A program made the position numbers and the translations under genes. A model generated the notes under the pieces. That model worked only from the letters and a program-made list of their open reading frames with translations, was not told the DNA's origin and did no database searches. From Isurus oxyrinchus (taxonomy: Eukaryota): a DNA stretch of 64,000 nt. Positions 22,134 to 35,769 of this stretch are shown here, one piece after another; within the stretch, counting starts at the first letter, position 1, and each line of letters begins with the position of its first letter. The stretch covers positions 496,001 to 560,000 of the forward strand of contig JANJGN010000326.1 in assembly GCA_026770705.1 (NCBI GenBank), read 5' to 3'.

Positions 22134-23002
22134 TCAGCTCCGGTTAGAACCGTATCTTTAGGAAGAAGAATTAATGAAGCAGATATTGACATTGGAGGAT
22201 GAAGTAAAGTAGATTATAAAGAAATTGACAGGAGGTTTTATGCCTATCTGTTTATGATTATACGATCTTTTCCACATGAAAAGGTAAACCTACCCACTCA
22301 AACTTAATTTTAGCTTATAACATCAACTAAGAGAAAATGTTCGTTAAAATAACCTAGTCAACTTTACCTACTAAAAGCTCTGTCCTGAAATTAAATAGCT
22401 TCACTCCTAGGAGTTGTCGAACCAGTAAAATTAAATCAGAGTAGAATATAACTACAGGCATATTATTGTGTGAAAGAAGTTCTTTTCAAGTTTACTACTA
22501 CCAGCACTTAGAAGAGCTTGCTTATTCTAGGGTAAATATTGTTATCAATATGTGAGTTCGTGAGGATTTCAGTGTGAGGCGACAGCTTTTGATTAATTAC
22601 TTATGAATAAGTGAAATAGTATAAAATTTTAAATCCATGTTATTGAACAATCTTGATTTTCGAACAAATATTGATTTGAAGAAATTAAGTACATACGATC
22701 CAGTACAATTTCTTAATAGTATAGTGTGCCTTTCTCTTAACTTTTAAAAGGAATTCTCTCAGAACTCAACCCTTTGTGTCCTCAAGATGGCCGAGCTATG
22801 TCTCTGTGGTTGCTTGTCTGGGTAATGGCTTTTACAGGGGGCAAGTGTCTTATCTCTGTAGCCTACTGTACTATTTGTACATTGGTAAACTTATCAGTTC
22901 CACCGTTGAATCAAGTATTGATGATCCATATTCCATATTATTCCGCCATACCGCCAAACTGATGTTGTAGCTGGGAATTTCAGCACTAATTCCGTCCTTC
23001 TC

Positions 23003-23008
23003 TCTCCA

Positions 23009-23041
<33 letters not shown>
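23003..23041. repeat. (CT)n microsatellite in the polypyrimidine tract of the GPCR exon
   Basis: ctctctctct run directly before tgccttacag. Confidence 0.85.
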
Positions 23042-23046
<5 letters not shown>

Positions 23047-23050
23047 ACAG

Positions 23051-23790
23051 CTAACTTTCTCATGATCGTGACCCTTTCCGAGGATGATGTGGTCTCTCCA
23101 GATGCCCAGTATCTGGTATCCATGGCGGTGACAGATCTCCTTGTGATTATCAATACACTGGTATTAAGCCGTTTCTGGCTGTTTATTTTCCAGTCAGTTT
23201 TACGTCCACCACTCTCACCTGTCGCCTTATTGTTGCTCTAAGCTTCCCTTCCAGAGACTGCTCCCTCTGGTTAACTTTCGCTTTCGCCTTTTACCGCTTT
23301 CTAGCCATTTGTCACCTGGAGTTGAAAATGAAATGCTGCACTGAAAAAATAGCAGCTGTAATTTGAGCAATGGTCTGGATGCTGGTTTCTTTGATAAACA
23401 TCACTTTTCATTTCATAAATGAACCTATGTATATCTTTAATAATCTAGTCTGTCACTGGAGCATAACATTGGCATTTTATATTCCAGTTCCATGGAGAAT
23501 GTTTGACTGGCTGGATTGTATTCTAACTCCATGCCTCTTCTTCCTCCTGATTTTACTGCTCGCTACTGTGACAGTCAGAAAAATTCTCCTGGCAAGTAGA
23601 TCCCACAGCACACTCTGATCCTACAGAAATGGAGAGAATCAGTTTGACCCAGAGATGGGCAACCACAGCAAGTCTATTTTTCTACTCTCCTCCATGTCAG
23701 GCAGTATTCTCCTGCAGGAGTTGACATATATTGTGCATTTCCTGTTTGCATAAATTACAGGAAATAGCTGTTTTACCAGTTCCATTTCCA
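23051..23790 (+). pseudogene. GPR139/GPR142-like class A GPCR pseudogene (main exon)
   Basis: Acceptor ends 23050; degenerate motifs YLVSMAVTDLLV, DCSLWLTFAFAFYRFLAIC..LKMKCCTEK (DRF region), FDWLDCILTPC, TVRKILLASR, NGENQFDPEMGNHSKSI; several frameshifts and stops; truncated by a LINE. Confidence 0.85.
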
Positions 23791-23794
23791 AATC

Positions 23795-24995
23795 AATGCC
23801 CCAGCTGCCTCTCTTTTCCCAGGGAAGAGAATTCCAAAGTCTACTGAACCTCCTCATATTCATCTCAAATTGGAAACCACAATTTTAAACTATTCACCCC
23901 CTATTCCTTGACTCCAATATAAGGGGAAATGTCCTCCCTGGATGCACCCAGCCAAAGCCTCAAAGAATCTTTTATGTTTCAATAAGGTCACCTTTCATTC
24001 TGTTAAACTCTAACGCTTAAAGGCCAAACCTTCTCAAGCTTTTCTGATCTGGCAAACACTTCACCTCAGGAATCAGCCTCGTGAACCTTCTCTCAACTCC
24101 TTCCAAAGTAATTATATCACTCCTTAAGTCATGAGGTCAAAACTGCATGCAATGCTCAAAATGCGGTCTCACTAAGGGCCTGTATATTTGTTGAAACATT
24201 GCCTTCATTATACGGCTCACTCCCTATCCAATAAATGTCAACTTTCCATTTAACTGTCCAAATACTTACTGCATCTGCAAACCAGCTTTTAGTGATTCAT
24301 GTAACAATAAACCCATATCGTTCTCTAACACAGATTGCTGCAGATTCTCCATTTATATCCTAATCTGCTTTTCCTTTGTTCCTGCCAAAGTGGTCAATAT
24401 CACTATTTCCTACATTATTCTCCGCCTGTCACTTTTCTGCCCACTAACTATGCATATCTTTTTACAGGCTTTTGCTGTGCTGCTCACAACTTGCTATCTC
24501 TGATATTTTTGTGTCGTCAGCAAATTTAGTCACCATATTCTCAGTCCCTCCCTCCAGGTCATTGATACATATCATAAAGAATTCATACCCCAGCACTGAG
24601 ACCCGTTGCACTCCTTTAGTTAGTTTGTCATCCTGAAAGTGGCCCATTTTGCGGGCTCTCTGCTTACTGTTAGGTAAGCAGTCCTGTATCCAGTTTAATA
24701 TGTTACCCTCAGTATCTCCTACCTTGCTTAGCAAGACTTTCGGTGGCACCTTTTCGACTGCCTTTTTGGAAACCTAAATACACAGTATCTATTCATTCTC
24801 CATTATACACCCTGCTTTTTACCTCCTCAAGGACCTTGAATACTTTGGCCAAGCACCTTTATGACCCTTTCACAAAACATTTTTGACTTTGGCTGGTTGT
24901 ATTATGAGTTTCTGTATGCCCTGATGTTGTCTCCTGAATAATGTCTCAAGCATTTTCCCTGTGACAGATGTTAGACGAACAGAGCTATCGTCCTG
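23795..24995 (-). mobile_element. CR1-type LINE RT fragment
   Basis: LLSKV..GNILNWI..GVQRVSVLG..FMICINDL..KFADDTKI. Confidence 0.85.
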
Positions 24996-26446
24996 CTTTC
25001 TACTTTTCTGGTTTTCCTACACGCTGGGGCCATTCCAAAATCCATAGAATTTTGTTGATTGCTACAATTTCGAGCTGTCTCTGTTTATGCTTATAATAAA
25101 GATTTTCAGTTTTTCTACTGTGTGTATCGAACCGATGTAATCTAACCCAGTTTTCTATAGCTGTAGCAAAACGTTCCGCAACTCACACGATGGTGTCCGA
25201 TTTCATAGTTAATGTGAAACGACTCAGTAAAGCAAAGCTTTGTTTGATCGGAATAAATATTGATCAAATTCGATTGGGAATCAGTTCTACAATAATAAAT
25301 TTTCAAGACGGATTCAGAATCCCGAATTGAACTTGCAGTGTTTTTGGGTAGGGGAACTCCAGCAAATGTCAAGCACATTGCATCGAAACTGCAAAGGCTC
25401 CTGCACATCTGTCCATAACGTTTTTTCTTAACTCACGAGTTTCATTGGAGAATTGTATAATTACTTGAACGAGAGAATTGCAGGGTAATGGGAAAAAAGG
25501 CAAGAATCGGGACTAATTTGACAGCTGTTTCAAAGATCCGGACTCGGTACAATTGCCGAATGGCCTAGCACGTTGTAATGTTATAATACAATTTCTTGAC
25601 CAAATTCTGCAACCTTCCTAATACCTCGTTCTTGAACATGATTCCTAAAGGGAAAATAAAAAAGATTCCGGTGTGCGTCAAGCCTGCACTATTTAAAATT
25701 TTGGCTGTTCCTCCATGTTGTTTTCTGTGGTGTGTTTCTGTAATGGATTGCTTATCGTGTATTTTTCACACGTGTAAGGCTACCTATTTGAAATCGAACA
25801 GAAATATTATCTTCCTTTTTATTGCCTTCACACAGAGGAGACAAGAATGCTTCTTTCCTGGCCGGAAATGTTATCACACTGAGTCTTGTGTAATGGTGAA
25901 GGAATTTGGACGTCCAAGCTGTTTATAGAAAATTTCAATGTGTGGTCAATGCTTATAATAACATCCACTCATGAAAGCTAGAAGCAATTTTCTCTCTGTC
26001 TATTAATGCGACGTAAAAAAATCATTTTGGATTGAGGATGTTTTATTCTTTTTACGGAAAACAGATTGGACCATGCAATGCAATCTACCCGAGATTTTAA
26101 TGTCACATTTTTCCATAACGTGACACTTAAACTTTTAATAGTTTCCTGCCCTAAACAAGCCACCGTGCAAGATTTTAGGACACCGTTGTGTTTCCTGAAA
26201 TCCCAGCTGTCACCTGTGAAGCCATTGAACAGGCAGGTCCGCGGGTTTTAACAAGACTGGGATGCTGGTGCGCCATCCTGTGGCCACAGCAGGTAAATGA
26301 ATTAAAAACATAAATTGCGGAAATGCTCAACAGGACAGACATTCGCAATTACCTTGAAACAATAGTCCAGGCAGCGTTTGTGGGGATACGAACAGTGTTA
26401 ATATTTTAGGTCGAGGAACTTTCAGGATCAGAGTGCAGCGAGAGTT

Positions 26447-26491
26447 GATGGATGGATGGACAGACAGAGGTCCGATAGATCGATCAATGGA

Positions 26492-26523
<32 letters not shown>

Positions 26524-26530
26524 TAGACTG
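26447..26530. repeat. GATG/GATA/GACA microsatellite
   Basis: gatggatg, gatagata and gacagaca runs. Confidence 0.85.
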
Positions 26531-27330
26531 ATAAATTTATTGATGCTATCTATATCTACAAATAATACATGTAATTCCCCTCGTACGTATCATTATGTTA
26601 ATTATCTTCTTCCTCTGCCAACTGCCCCTGTGATGTGGCTTAATTTTAGATACTAATGCATCATGAAGAGGAATGACAACGCTATTTCGCATTTCTTTTA
26701 AATTACCTTCTGTTCCAGTGCAGGTAACTCTCCAGTCAAGCCTCAAAACAGCCACACCTACGAATCGCTTTTCCACATTCAGGGATGAGTTGAAAGGAAG
26801 TGTCGAAGTATCTGTAGGCCGTGTCAAAAATCCCCTACTAACAAGAATTGGCTGTCCGATGTTGTGCTGTGCTACAGTCTAGAGACAAGTGGTAGAAGAA
26901 AGACGTGAGGAGAATGCACAAGAATTCACTTTTCATCGGACAAAAGAGACAAATAACACAACGATTTGAGAAATGAGTGTGACACCAAGGAAATATAAAG
27001 ATAACGTGAAATAAATGGCCAGAGTAATTTAATGAAATGAAATAATATGTCTCATTATTCCGAAGTGAATGCTGATCTATTACCCATTTTCAGGCGTAAT
27101 GACTCCTGATCCATCCAGAACCGTGCATTTTGTCAGTGACCTGCCTGAACTTGGAATCTTTCAATGTAAAGTGTGATGGTAGCTTTACTCCGTCTCTCTT
27201 CAGTTACGTATCTGAACTGGAGGGGTTTGCGGGACACTGTTAAGAGTGATTTTCCTCGGTATGTATCTCACATTGTTCCAGATTGATAGGCTTGATTGAT
27301 ACGTCGATCTGTTGGAAATCAAACTGAGGA

Positions 27331-27822
27331 TCACACGAACACAGATGCACACAAAGACACAGGCGCACACGAAAGCACAGACACAGTCACACAAACACAC
27401 ATGCACTTATACACACAAAACACAGACACGCATGTATGCTCACAAATATGCAGGTACACACTAGCACATGTGCGCGCGCGTGCGCACACACACACACGGA
27501 AGCACATACACAGATAAACACACACAATCACAAACACACATGCACATACACAGACAGCTACGCTTGCATACACAAACGGACACATACGCATAGACACGCA
27601 CGCACAGAAACAAAGATGCACACACACACACACACACACACACAGAAACACACACGAATACATACAAACAAACGAACACACACATATACATACACAAATG
27701 GACACATACATACATATGTAGAAACACACACACACAAATACACGCATACATAGACACACAAATACACAGACCAACACAATCACACTCACCCACAGTAACA
27801 CACACACAAAACACACATAACC
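27331..27822. repeat. Degenerate (CA)n-rich low-complexity tract
   Basis: ~490 bp of interrupted CA repeats; explains the CV/HT-rich spurious ORFs. Confidence 0.95.
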
Positions 27823-28139
27823 ACGTTTGACCCAAAATGCTGACTAACCTTCAATAACAAATATTAATCACCCTTAATTTACAGACTTAATCATTTTTGG
27901 TTCCATTATTTGATAATTAGTAATATCGCAACACTTTATTCTGATGAAACCAACAGCCGAGCCTCATCATTGTGAAATTATTTAATTGAAGCTCATCTGT
28001 TTCACCGAAAAGGTTGTGACTTGGGCATTCAAAAAAAAACAGAGCCAAATAATCTCAAAATCAATATTACATAGAAACCGTAGCCAAAGGGCATCAGTTG
28101 CAGCAATAATAAAATCAAAACAATAACACCATAATCAGT

Positions 28140-29452
28140 TTTATTGTTGATTTATGGGATGTGGGCTTCGCTGGCTGGGCCAGCATTTATTGCCCATCCC
28201 TAATTGGCCTTGAGAGGGTGGTGGTGAGTAGCCTTCTTGAGCTGCTGCACTTCCTGTGATGTGGCAACAGTGTGGCTAGGGAGGGAGTTCCAGGAATTTG
28301 ACCCAACGACAGTGAAGGAACAGCGATATATTTCCAAGTTAGGATGGTAAGTAGATTGGAGGGGATCTCTCCGGCTGTGGCACCCCCATCTATCTGATGC
28401 CCTTGCTAGAGGTTGTGGATTTGGAGCGTGTTGTCTAAGGAACATTGGTGAGTTTCTGAAATGCATTTTGAAGATGATACACACTACTGCTGTGCGTTGG
28501 TAGTGGAGGGAATGAATGTTTGTGGGTGAGTTGCCAATCATACTAGCTGCTTTTTCCTGCATATTGTTTATCTTCCTGGGCCTTGTTGGAGCTACACACT
28601 CATCCAGGCAAGGGGAGAGTAAACCGTCACATTCCTGACTTGGGCCTTGTAGATGGTAGGCAGGCTTTAGGGAGTCAGGAAGTGAGTTACTTGCCGTAGG
28701 ATTCCTAGCGCCTGATGTGCCCTTGTAGCCACAGCATTTATATGTCTACTCCGGTTCAGTTTCTGGCCAACGGTAACCCCCAGGATATTGACGGTGGGAG
28801 GTGGGGTGGGGTGGGGTGGGTGGATTGTCAAGGAGAGATATTTAGATTTTTTCTTGTTGGAGGTGGTAATTCCGTGGTGTGAGTGTTCCTTACCACTTGT
28901 CAGCCCAAGCCAGGATATTGTCCAGGCCCTGCTGCATTTGGATATGGACTGCTTTAGTATCTGAGGAGTCGTGAATGATGCTGGGCGTTGTGCAATCATC
29001 AGCAAACATCTCCACTTCTGACCTTATGATGGAAGGAAGGTCATTGATGGAGCAGCTGAAGATGGTTGGGCCTAAGGCAAGATCCTGACGAGCTCCTGCA
29101 GTGATATCCTGGAACTGAGATGATTGATGTCAAACAACCACAACCTTCTTCCTTTGTGCTCGTTATGACTGCAACCAGTGAAGTGTTTTTCCCCCGATCC
29201 CATTGATTCAAGCTTTGCTTGGGCTGCTTGATGCAACACTAGGTCAAATGCGGCCTTAACCTCATGGGCAGTCAATCTCACATCAACTCGGGAGTTCAGC
29301 TGTATTGGCCATATTTGAACTAAGGCTGTAATGAGATCATGAGCTGAGCGACATTGGCAGAACCGAAACAGAGCCTCAGGGAGCGGGTTATTGATAAATA
29401 AGTGCCTTTTGTTTGCACTGTTGATGACCCCTTCCAACACTTTACTGATGAT
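28140..29452 (-). mobile_element. Non-LTR retrotransposon 3' fragment (RT to 3' end)
   Basis: RSAHDLITALVQ..VKAAFDLVLHQ, VNILGVTVGQKL..HINAVATRA, GSNSWNSLP; frameshifted. Confidence 0.85.
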
Positions 29453-30529
29453 AACCCAGGCATATTTGTCAATATTTTAATTTACAGTCGCAGTTTCCAT
29501 TTGAGATCTCCCATGAAATAATTGCATTTGAGGTCCCCCATCTTTGCTTAAACTTACAGAGCTGCCAATTCACCGGTGCCACTGGTGAGAGCTGCAGCTT
29601 TCAGGAAATATCTTTCTGTCATGAAGCTACGCCGCATACAATGGTGTATGAAGAACAAGGACTATATACAAATTGAGGTGATAAGACACAGGATACAAAC
29701 AAAGTAAACTGGCAGAGTCATTGCATTTCATGGTCCAATGAGTGTTAACATTGAATGAGGATTGAGGAATGAGGATTTTGATGAGAATTGAAGTCAGTTT
29801 CAATCGAACTGCTCTTTACAATAAACGGCAGGTACGGGCAGGGCTTTGACGTCACACAGACATGCCTGTCGTTGATTGACCCTGCATTGATGATGTCACG
29901 TCACTGTGCTTGGTTGTTACCCGCATTGATTCAGAAGCAGGGATCATGGCCGGTTCCAACCTCTGTCCAGTGGTGAAGTTTGTTCCGCCTGTGACTCCTG
30001 ACTCAGGGTTATGACCCCGAGGGAGAGAGCCCTTGGCATCTCAATGGTAGTGAGTCTGTCCAACGCTATAAAGGGCAGGGAAACTGGAAAGAACTGAGGC
30101 AGTGGTTAAGCACGAAAGCCGATTAGGGAGGAAGCTCGTCCTCAACAGTAAAGTGGTAGGGAGCGGTGGTGGTGGGGAGATTGGGACAGAGAACGAGTTA
30201 AGACACCAACACGAATTGCTGCATATAAGTCTGAGGATTTCAGAAGGGTTGTTAATTATTCCCTCCCTTTACGTTATGATATTCAATAACAAATGACCTT
30301 GAGCCTTTACTCTAGTTTGCTTCGTGGGAAAGTGACTGCGCACCAGAGATATAATTTTGGAAGATCCTGGAATGTGAACAGAAATATGTTGCTATTCCCA
30401 TAACCTGGAGACTCTGAAGGGATCTCTGACGTGACGATGAAGGGGATGGAGAGAAATCCCTGGGATGATAATCAGTCAGTTGAGGAAGAGATTGTCAGAG
30501 GGCATGAAGCAGAGAGAGAGAGAATCACA

Positions 30530-31185
30530 GGAACATAAGAGGGGGAGTGAGCCATTGCTCATGTCCAGCCTGCCCCGCCATGCAATACGATCGTGTCTGG
30601 TCATCTACTTCAATGCCTTTCCCCACATTATTCCCAAATCCCTTTTATGTCATTGGTATTTAGAGATACGTCGACCTCTACTTTAAACATACTCAATGGC
30701 TAAGCTTCTACAGCCCTCTGGGTTAGAGAATCCCAAAGATTCACAAACCTCTGGAAAAAAAAAGCAACCCTCATCTGTCCTAAGTGGATTCCAACTTATT
30801 TTGAACTTGTGTTCCTGGTTCTAGACTCCCCAGCGTGGACCAACATCTGATCTGCATCTACCCTACATTTCCCTTTTAGTATTTTAGTATTGTCATTGTA
30901 CAATAATAAGGGCTCACCCTTTTAGGACGGGGGCTAAAAAGAAATTCTTCTCTCAGATAGTCGTCAGTCTTTGGAATTATTTTCCTCAGGGAGAGGTGGG
31001 GGTTGGGTATTTGAATATGTTCAAGGCTGAATGAGACAGAATTTTGATCTACAAGGGAGCCACAGGTTATGACGGCAGGCGGGAAAGTAAAGTTAATGTC
31101 ACAATCAGGTCAGCCATGATCTTGTTAAATGGCCGAGTAGGCTCGAGAGCAAATGGCCCACTCCTGCTCCCATTTCTTTCGATCG
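30530..31185. mobile_element. Two CR1-type LINE 3' ends in opposite orientation
   Basis: gaacataaga..ccatt..tcccaaagattcac (antisense 3' end) followed by aaattcttctctcag..aaatggcccactcctgctcc (sense 3' end). Confidence 0.6.
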
Positions 31186-33409
31186 TGTCGCCTAAATTCA
31201 AATCTTTGCTTCCCCTGTCTATCGTTAGGTCCTTTTAATTATCTGCCTAAAATTTCAAGCTGTGCTTCTATCCAATCCAAGTGGACGTTCAGATTCTCAT
31301 CATCCGGCCAAGATAATTAAAACCATCTCCAAAAACACCAGCAAACAATCATGCCAGGATATTTATTTTGGAGTCTTTGAGTTGCAGCCCATCGGCATTT
31401 GAAGGTCTTTCTTTCTCCTAAATCATCCCAATGCCCCAGGAATCTGAAGTGGGAGATTATGGCATTAATGGAAATATTGGTAATTCCATTAATGGAATGA
31501 ATTAGTTGATGAATTGCAGTTAAACCCCGTAACCTACACTCAAATACTTTCTGGGACTTATACCAGGCAAATTTACACTTAAAGATGTGGTATTTGATTT
31601 TTAGCAGTTAGGATTATTGATTATCTAAGTAAAGAATTTTACAATTATCGATTAATTTTCCACAACAGCAAAGCATGAGCTTCCCTAGGGTCCTCAGTTT
31701 GAATTCCATCTGACTCAGAACAGAAACGGGGAAAGTCTTGGAAGTGACTGCATTGGGAAGTTGTTTCATTACAATTTAGTCTCACAGTGTTGTGTTGCTA
31801 AGGAAAATAAATTCCAGAACAATACAGTTATGTTCGTGCAAAGTTCGAGTTATATCACTCATAGCCACATGGGGTCGCTATTTCACTAGAACACGCTGGC
31901 GCAGTCTCTTCAAGTGGAATTATCTGCTATCATATGTTTCAGCCCCATTTCCCATATAATATAATGTAAATTATGCTCATTTGACAGATAGTCAATAAGC
32001 AGGGTCCTCATCGCCATCTATACAAGTGTCCCATCATTGCCAACACACGACCACCTGAATTGGCACCAGGCCTGCCATGGTCCTCACAGCTATTTGTCTT
32101 CTGGCTCCAGATTCCACAAACCCCGTTGTTTCGTTTTCAACGAGAAAAGGGAAACTTCCACATGAGCACAAGCTACGCCCATTGCATCATCGAATATGTG
32201 TTCTAACACGTGGAACAGCCTTTAGTGGAAAGGCTGATTGGATCAAGTGCTATTCTGTATTGCCACCACATCTGAGCCAGCATTCTGAACCAGGCTTTAC
32301 AATGTTAGACCGGGCCTGCCTCAGCTGATGGGCTAACCCGACGAAATGACTGGATTGAAATGTTTTGTCATAAACCTATCTGTTTCAGCTACACACCTTC
32401 CTACATTGGCATTTTGCAACTGTGGCCAGTGAATAGTTCTGATGATGAAATGATTGCTTTTCCATTTTCGACGTCTCCTTACAACCTGCATTTTTCACCT
32501 TCGCCTTGTTATGTACGGGAGTTCTGACGGTCCAGATTGTGCATCATCAGGTGCTGTGTGCATTCATTTGCAGCACGATTAATTAGATCCACAATCTGTA
32601 CACAAATGGGTGACATACCCCATATTCTTCAGTCCATGGTTGAATAGTGCATGTAGAAGGCAATATGTATAAAGGCCTGATGTACATGAAACTTTACCAT
32701 GTTACTGCAAGTGTAAGCTGAAAATAAAAATGTTTTACGTAATAAACAGAACAAATCAGATCAGAATAAGTCCCTGCCATAAACGGTCAACTTTGGTGTT
32801 GGCCAATTAGTTAACTTTTAGGGAGAACAATCTATCAGAATTCTCAACGGCAACAAAGGGCTGAAATCTCAGTGGAAGAGGCAGGTTAAATTGTTCTCAA
32901 ACTAATTTCAACAGAAGTGTTAACCAAAGACCAGGGATAGCAATAGATGCGGGAAAGGGGGTATTTCAATAAGAGAAAGGGCGAGCAATTGCTTAAAGAA
33001 TCCTGCAGGGGCATTGTGATCGGTGATAAGGGTAATCATTGATAGGAGGCCATGCTGACTGGTTTCAGCCAGACCGATTGGTGGGTCGACAGAGCGCCTA
33101 AGAGTACGAGTCGTTGATGTGTGGTCAAACATGTTAACTGATTGTGAAAGGAAGTTCTGACTGAGATATGACAAAGAGATCTAACTCTCATCAATGGAAT
33201 AGAAAAGTAAAATGGTTAGAAATAGAAAAAAAGGTAATTTGTTCAATTGAAGTGGGAAAGAGAGAAAAGTGACTTATATTCATAAATGGATCATGGAAAG
33301 AGAGGGAAAGGGAATTGAATTGCTGAATTGAAAACTGGCAGAGAGGGGAAGGGAAGTAGGAATAACCGTCTTGAATTGAAGAGGGAAAGGCAGGAAAAGG
33401 AAGGCTTTT

Positions 33410-34320
33410 TGTTATTCATTCATGAGGTATGGGCCTCTCTGGTTAGGCCAGAATTTATTGCCTATTGCTGATTGCCCTTGCCAATGTGCTGGTGAGCTGC
33501 CTTCATGAATTGTTGCAGTCCTTGGGGTGTAGGTACACCCAGAGAACTGTGAGGGAGGGAATTCCAGGATTTTGACCCAGCCACACGAAGGAGCAGCAAT
33601 ATACTTCCAAGTCAGGATGATGAGTTGCTTGAAGGGCAACTCCCAGTTGCTGGTGTCCCAATGTGTCCGCTGTTCTTGTTTTATAGATGGTAGCGGTCGT
33701 GGGTTTGGAAGGTTCTGTCTCAGGAGCCTTGGTGAATTCCTGCAGAGCATCTTGTAGCTGGTACACACTGCTGCCACATTGCGTTGGTGGTGGAGAGAGT
33801 AAATGTTTGTGGATGTAGTGAAAATCAAGCGGCATTTTTGGCCTAGATGGTGTCAAGCCTCGTGAGTATTGTTGGAGCTGCACTCATCCAGCAAGTGGGG
33901 AGACTCCTAACCTGTACCTTGTAGGTGGTGAACAGGCTTTGGGGAGTCAGAAGGTGAGTTACTCGCCGCAGGATTCATACCCTCTGACTTGCTCTTGTAG
34001 TCATACATTGTATATGGCTCGCCCAATTCAGTTTCTTGTTAAAGGTAACCCCAAGGCATTTGACATTGGGGATTTCAGCGATGGCAATGCATTGAACGTC
34101 AAAGGGCAATGGTTAGATACTCAGTTGTTGGAGATGGTTATTGCCTCTCACTTGTGTGGTGGGGATGTTAATTGCCAAATGTCAGCCCAAGTCTGGATAT
34201 TGTCCTGAGTACCTGAGGAGTGGCGAATGGTGCTGAACATTGTGCAATCAGCGAACATCTCCACTTCTGACCTGAGGATGAAAGGAAGGTCATTGATGTA
34301 CCAACAGAAGATGGTTGAAT
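33410..34320 (-). mobile_element. Non-LTR retrotransposon 3' fragment (same family as 28140-29452)
   Basis: Colinear with 28140-29070; NIYSLHHQRNVAAVCTSYKMLCRNSPRLLRQNLPNP. Confidence 0.85.
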
Positions 34321-35539
34321 AGAAGAGGGAACGAAAAACAGATAATAAATTGGTAGCCCCAGAAATATTTTAAATCTGGAGAACACAGGGTTTAAAAAAA
34401 TCATTTATATGCTACAAACAGTAAATCAATGTGTAAATAGAGTTTTTGCTACCTCTTGTAAAATTAAAAATGGGCCATTCACAGAAATATGCTTACAGTT
34501 TAAGTGGAAATGTTGGAAATGGTATGTTTTTGCAGAAAAAAGATTTTTTTGTTTTGTCGAACTGCATGCTTGGCAGAAGAATCTTTGCTCTTATCACCGT
34601 GTAGAATCCTGCATTTTTTTTCATTTTTACTAATGGGAAAGAAAAACATTGAATCAACAAATACTGAAGCAATCTGTGTTCCTCGTTGTAATATTTGCAT
34701 TCATTGATCATTATGAATCTGTTTTGGTTGGCGGGGAATTTCTGGTTACTCTTGTGTCTCTAAGCTCTCTGTTGTGGCCCTATTTCTGTGCTAATTTACA
34801 TAAATATCCGGCTTGTTTTGCTGCGAGTTTTCTGCCATCTGCTTATTTGTGTTGCCTCACATATATCTATTTTAGGAAAATCGCAGCTGCTCGCCATGAA
34901 CACAAACAGATTCCAGCGTAATTATTGTTATAAGTGCCGGTCGGTGAATTGATTCAAGAAAGGGACTAGTGCCATTGAATTGAGGTATTATTTCTTTTCA
35001 AATAATAGGTGAGCTACAGGATGAGAGGAAAAACATGGTGCACATAACACCAGGAGAGGCAAATAGCAGCAGAGTTAAGAATAGTTGAGAAACAGGAGGA
35101 AACAGACTGGAGGCAAATTCCGAGATATTTTGAAATGATTGGCAGAGCACGTGTGCAAGTGCACGTAGTGATGAATGGAGTTTGACTGCAGACAAAATCG
35201 CCATGTGGGGTTCTGCTATGGTGGAAGGAACAGGGAACTGATTCAATACCGGCTTGGATTAAAAACTTAATAGTTATTTCCATTATGTATCAGCAATGAT
35301 GGGGAATGGAATAAAGAAGCAATGTTGGTCAAATAAAATGTTAAAGCGCTGGGGGGCGGGGAGAGGTGGTGGCGGGTTGTGGGGCGGGGGGGGGGGGTGC
35401 GTACGGGGACGGTGGGGGATGATATCATTGCGTGCTCAAAGATGGATTCCATTTGGTTAACGTTAAGGAGCAAAAGAGGAACTGCTATGCTAGGATGTAT
35501 ACTTCAGACCACCAAATTGTTGCAAGGAGATACAAGAGC

Positions 35540-35695
35540 AAAAACAGAAAATGCTGGAAAAACTCAGCAGCACTGAAGAAGAGTCATACGGACTCGAAAC
35601 GTTAACTCCTTCTCTCTCTCCACAGATTTTGCTAGACCTGCAGAGTTTTTCCAGTATTTACTGCTTTTGTTTCAGATTTCCAGCATCCGCAGCAT
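35540..35695. mobile_element. Penelope-like pLTR relic with partial inverted arms and a plus-strand hammerhead core
   Basis: aaaacagaaaatgctggaaaaactcagcag is inverted relative to ctgcagagtttttccagtattt..ttttg; CTGAAGA-A-GAGTC-ATACG-GACTC-GAAACGTT at 35573-35603. Confidence 0.65.
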
Positions 35696-35769
35696 TTATG
35701 TGTATCTTAGATAAAGGAGGATATCTGTATGTTATTACTTTAAAAAAGAAGAAAAAAGTACAGTGTTGA

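Noticed and set aside
27200-27835. Several Cys/Val- or His/Thr-rich ORFs
   Set aside because: Translations of a CA microsatellite
29870-29940. CACTGTG at 29902 as a J-type RSS
   Set aside because: No nonamer and no J motif
31783-31810. CACAGTG heptamer as an RSS
   Set aside because: No acceptable nonamer at 12 or 23 spacing and no V or D coding flank
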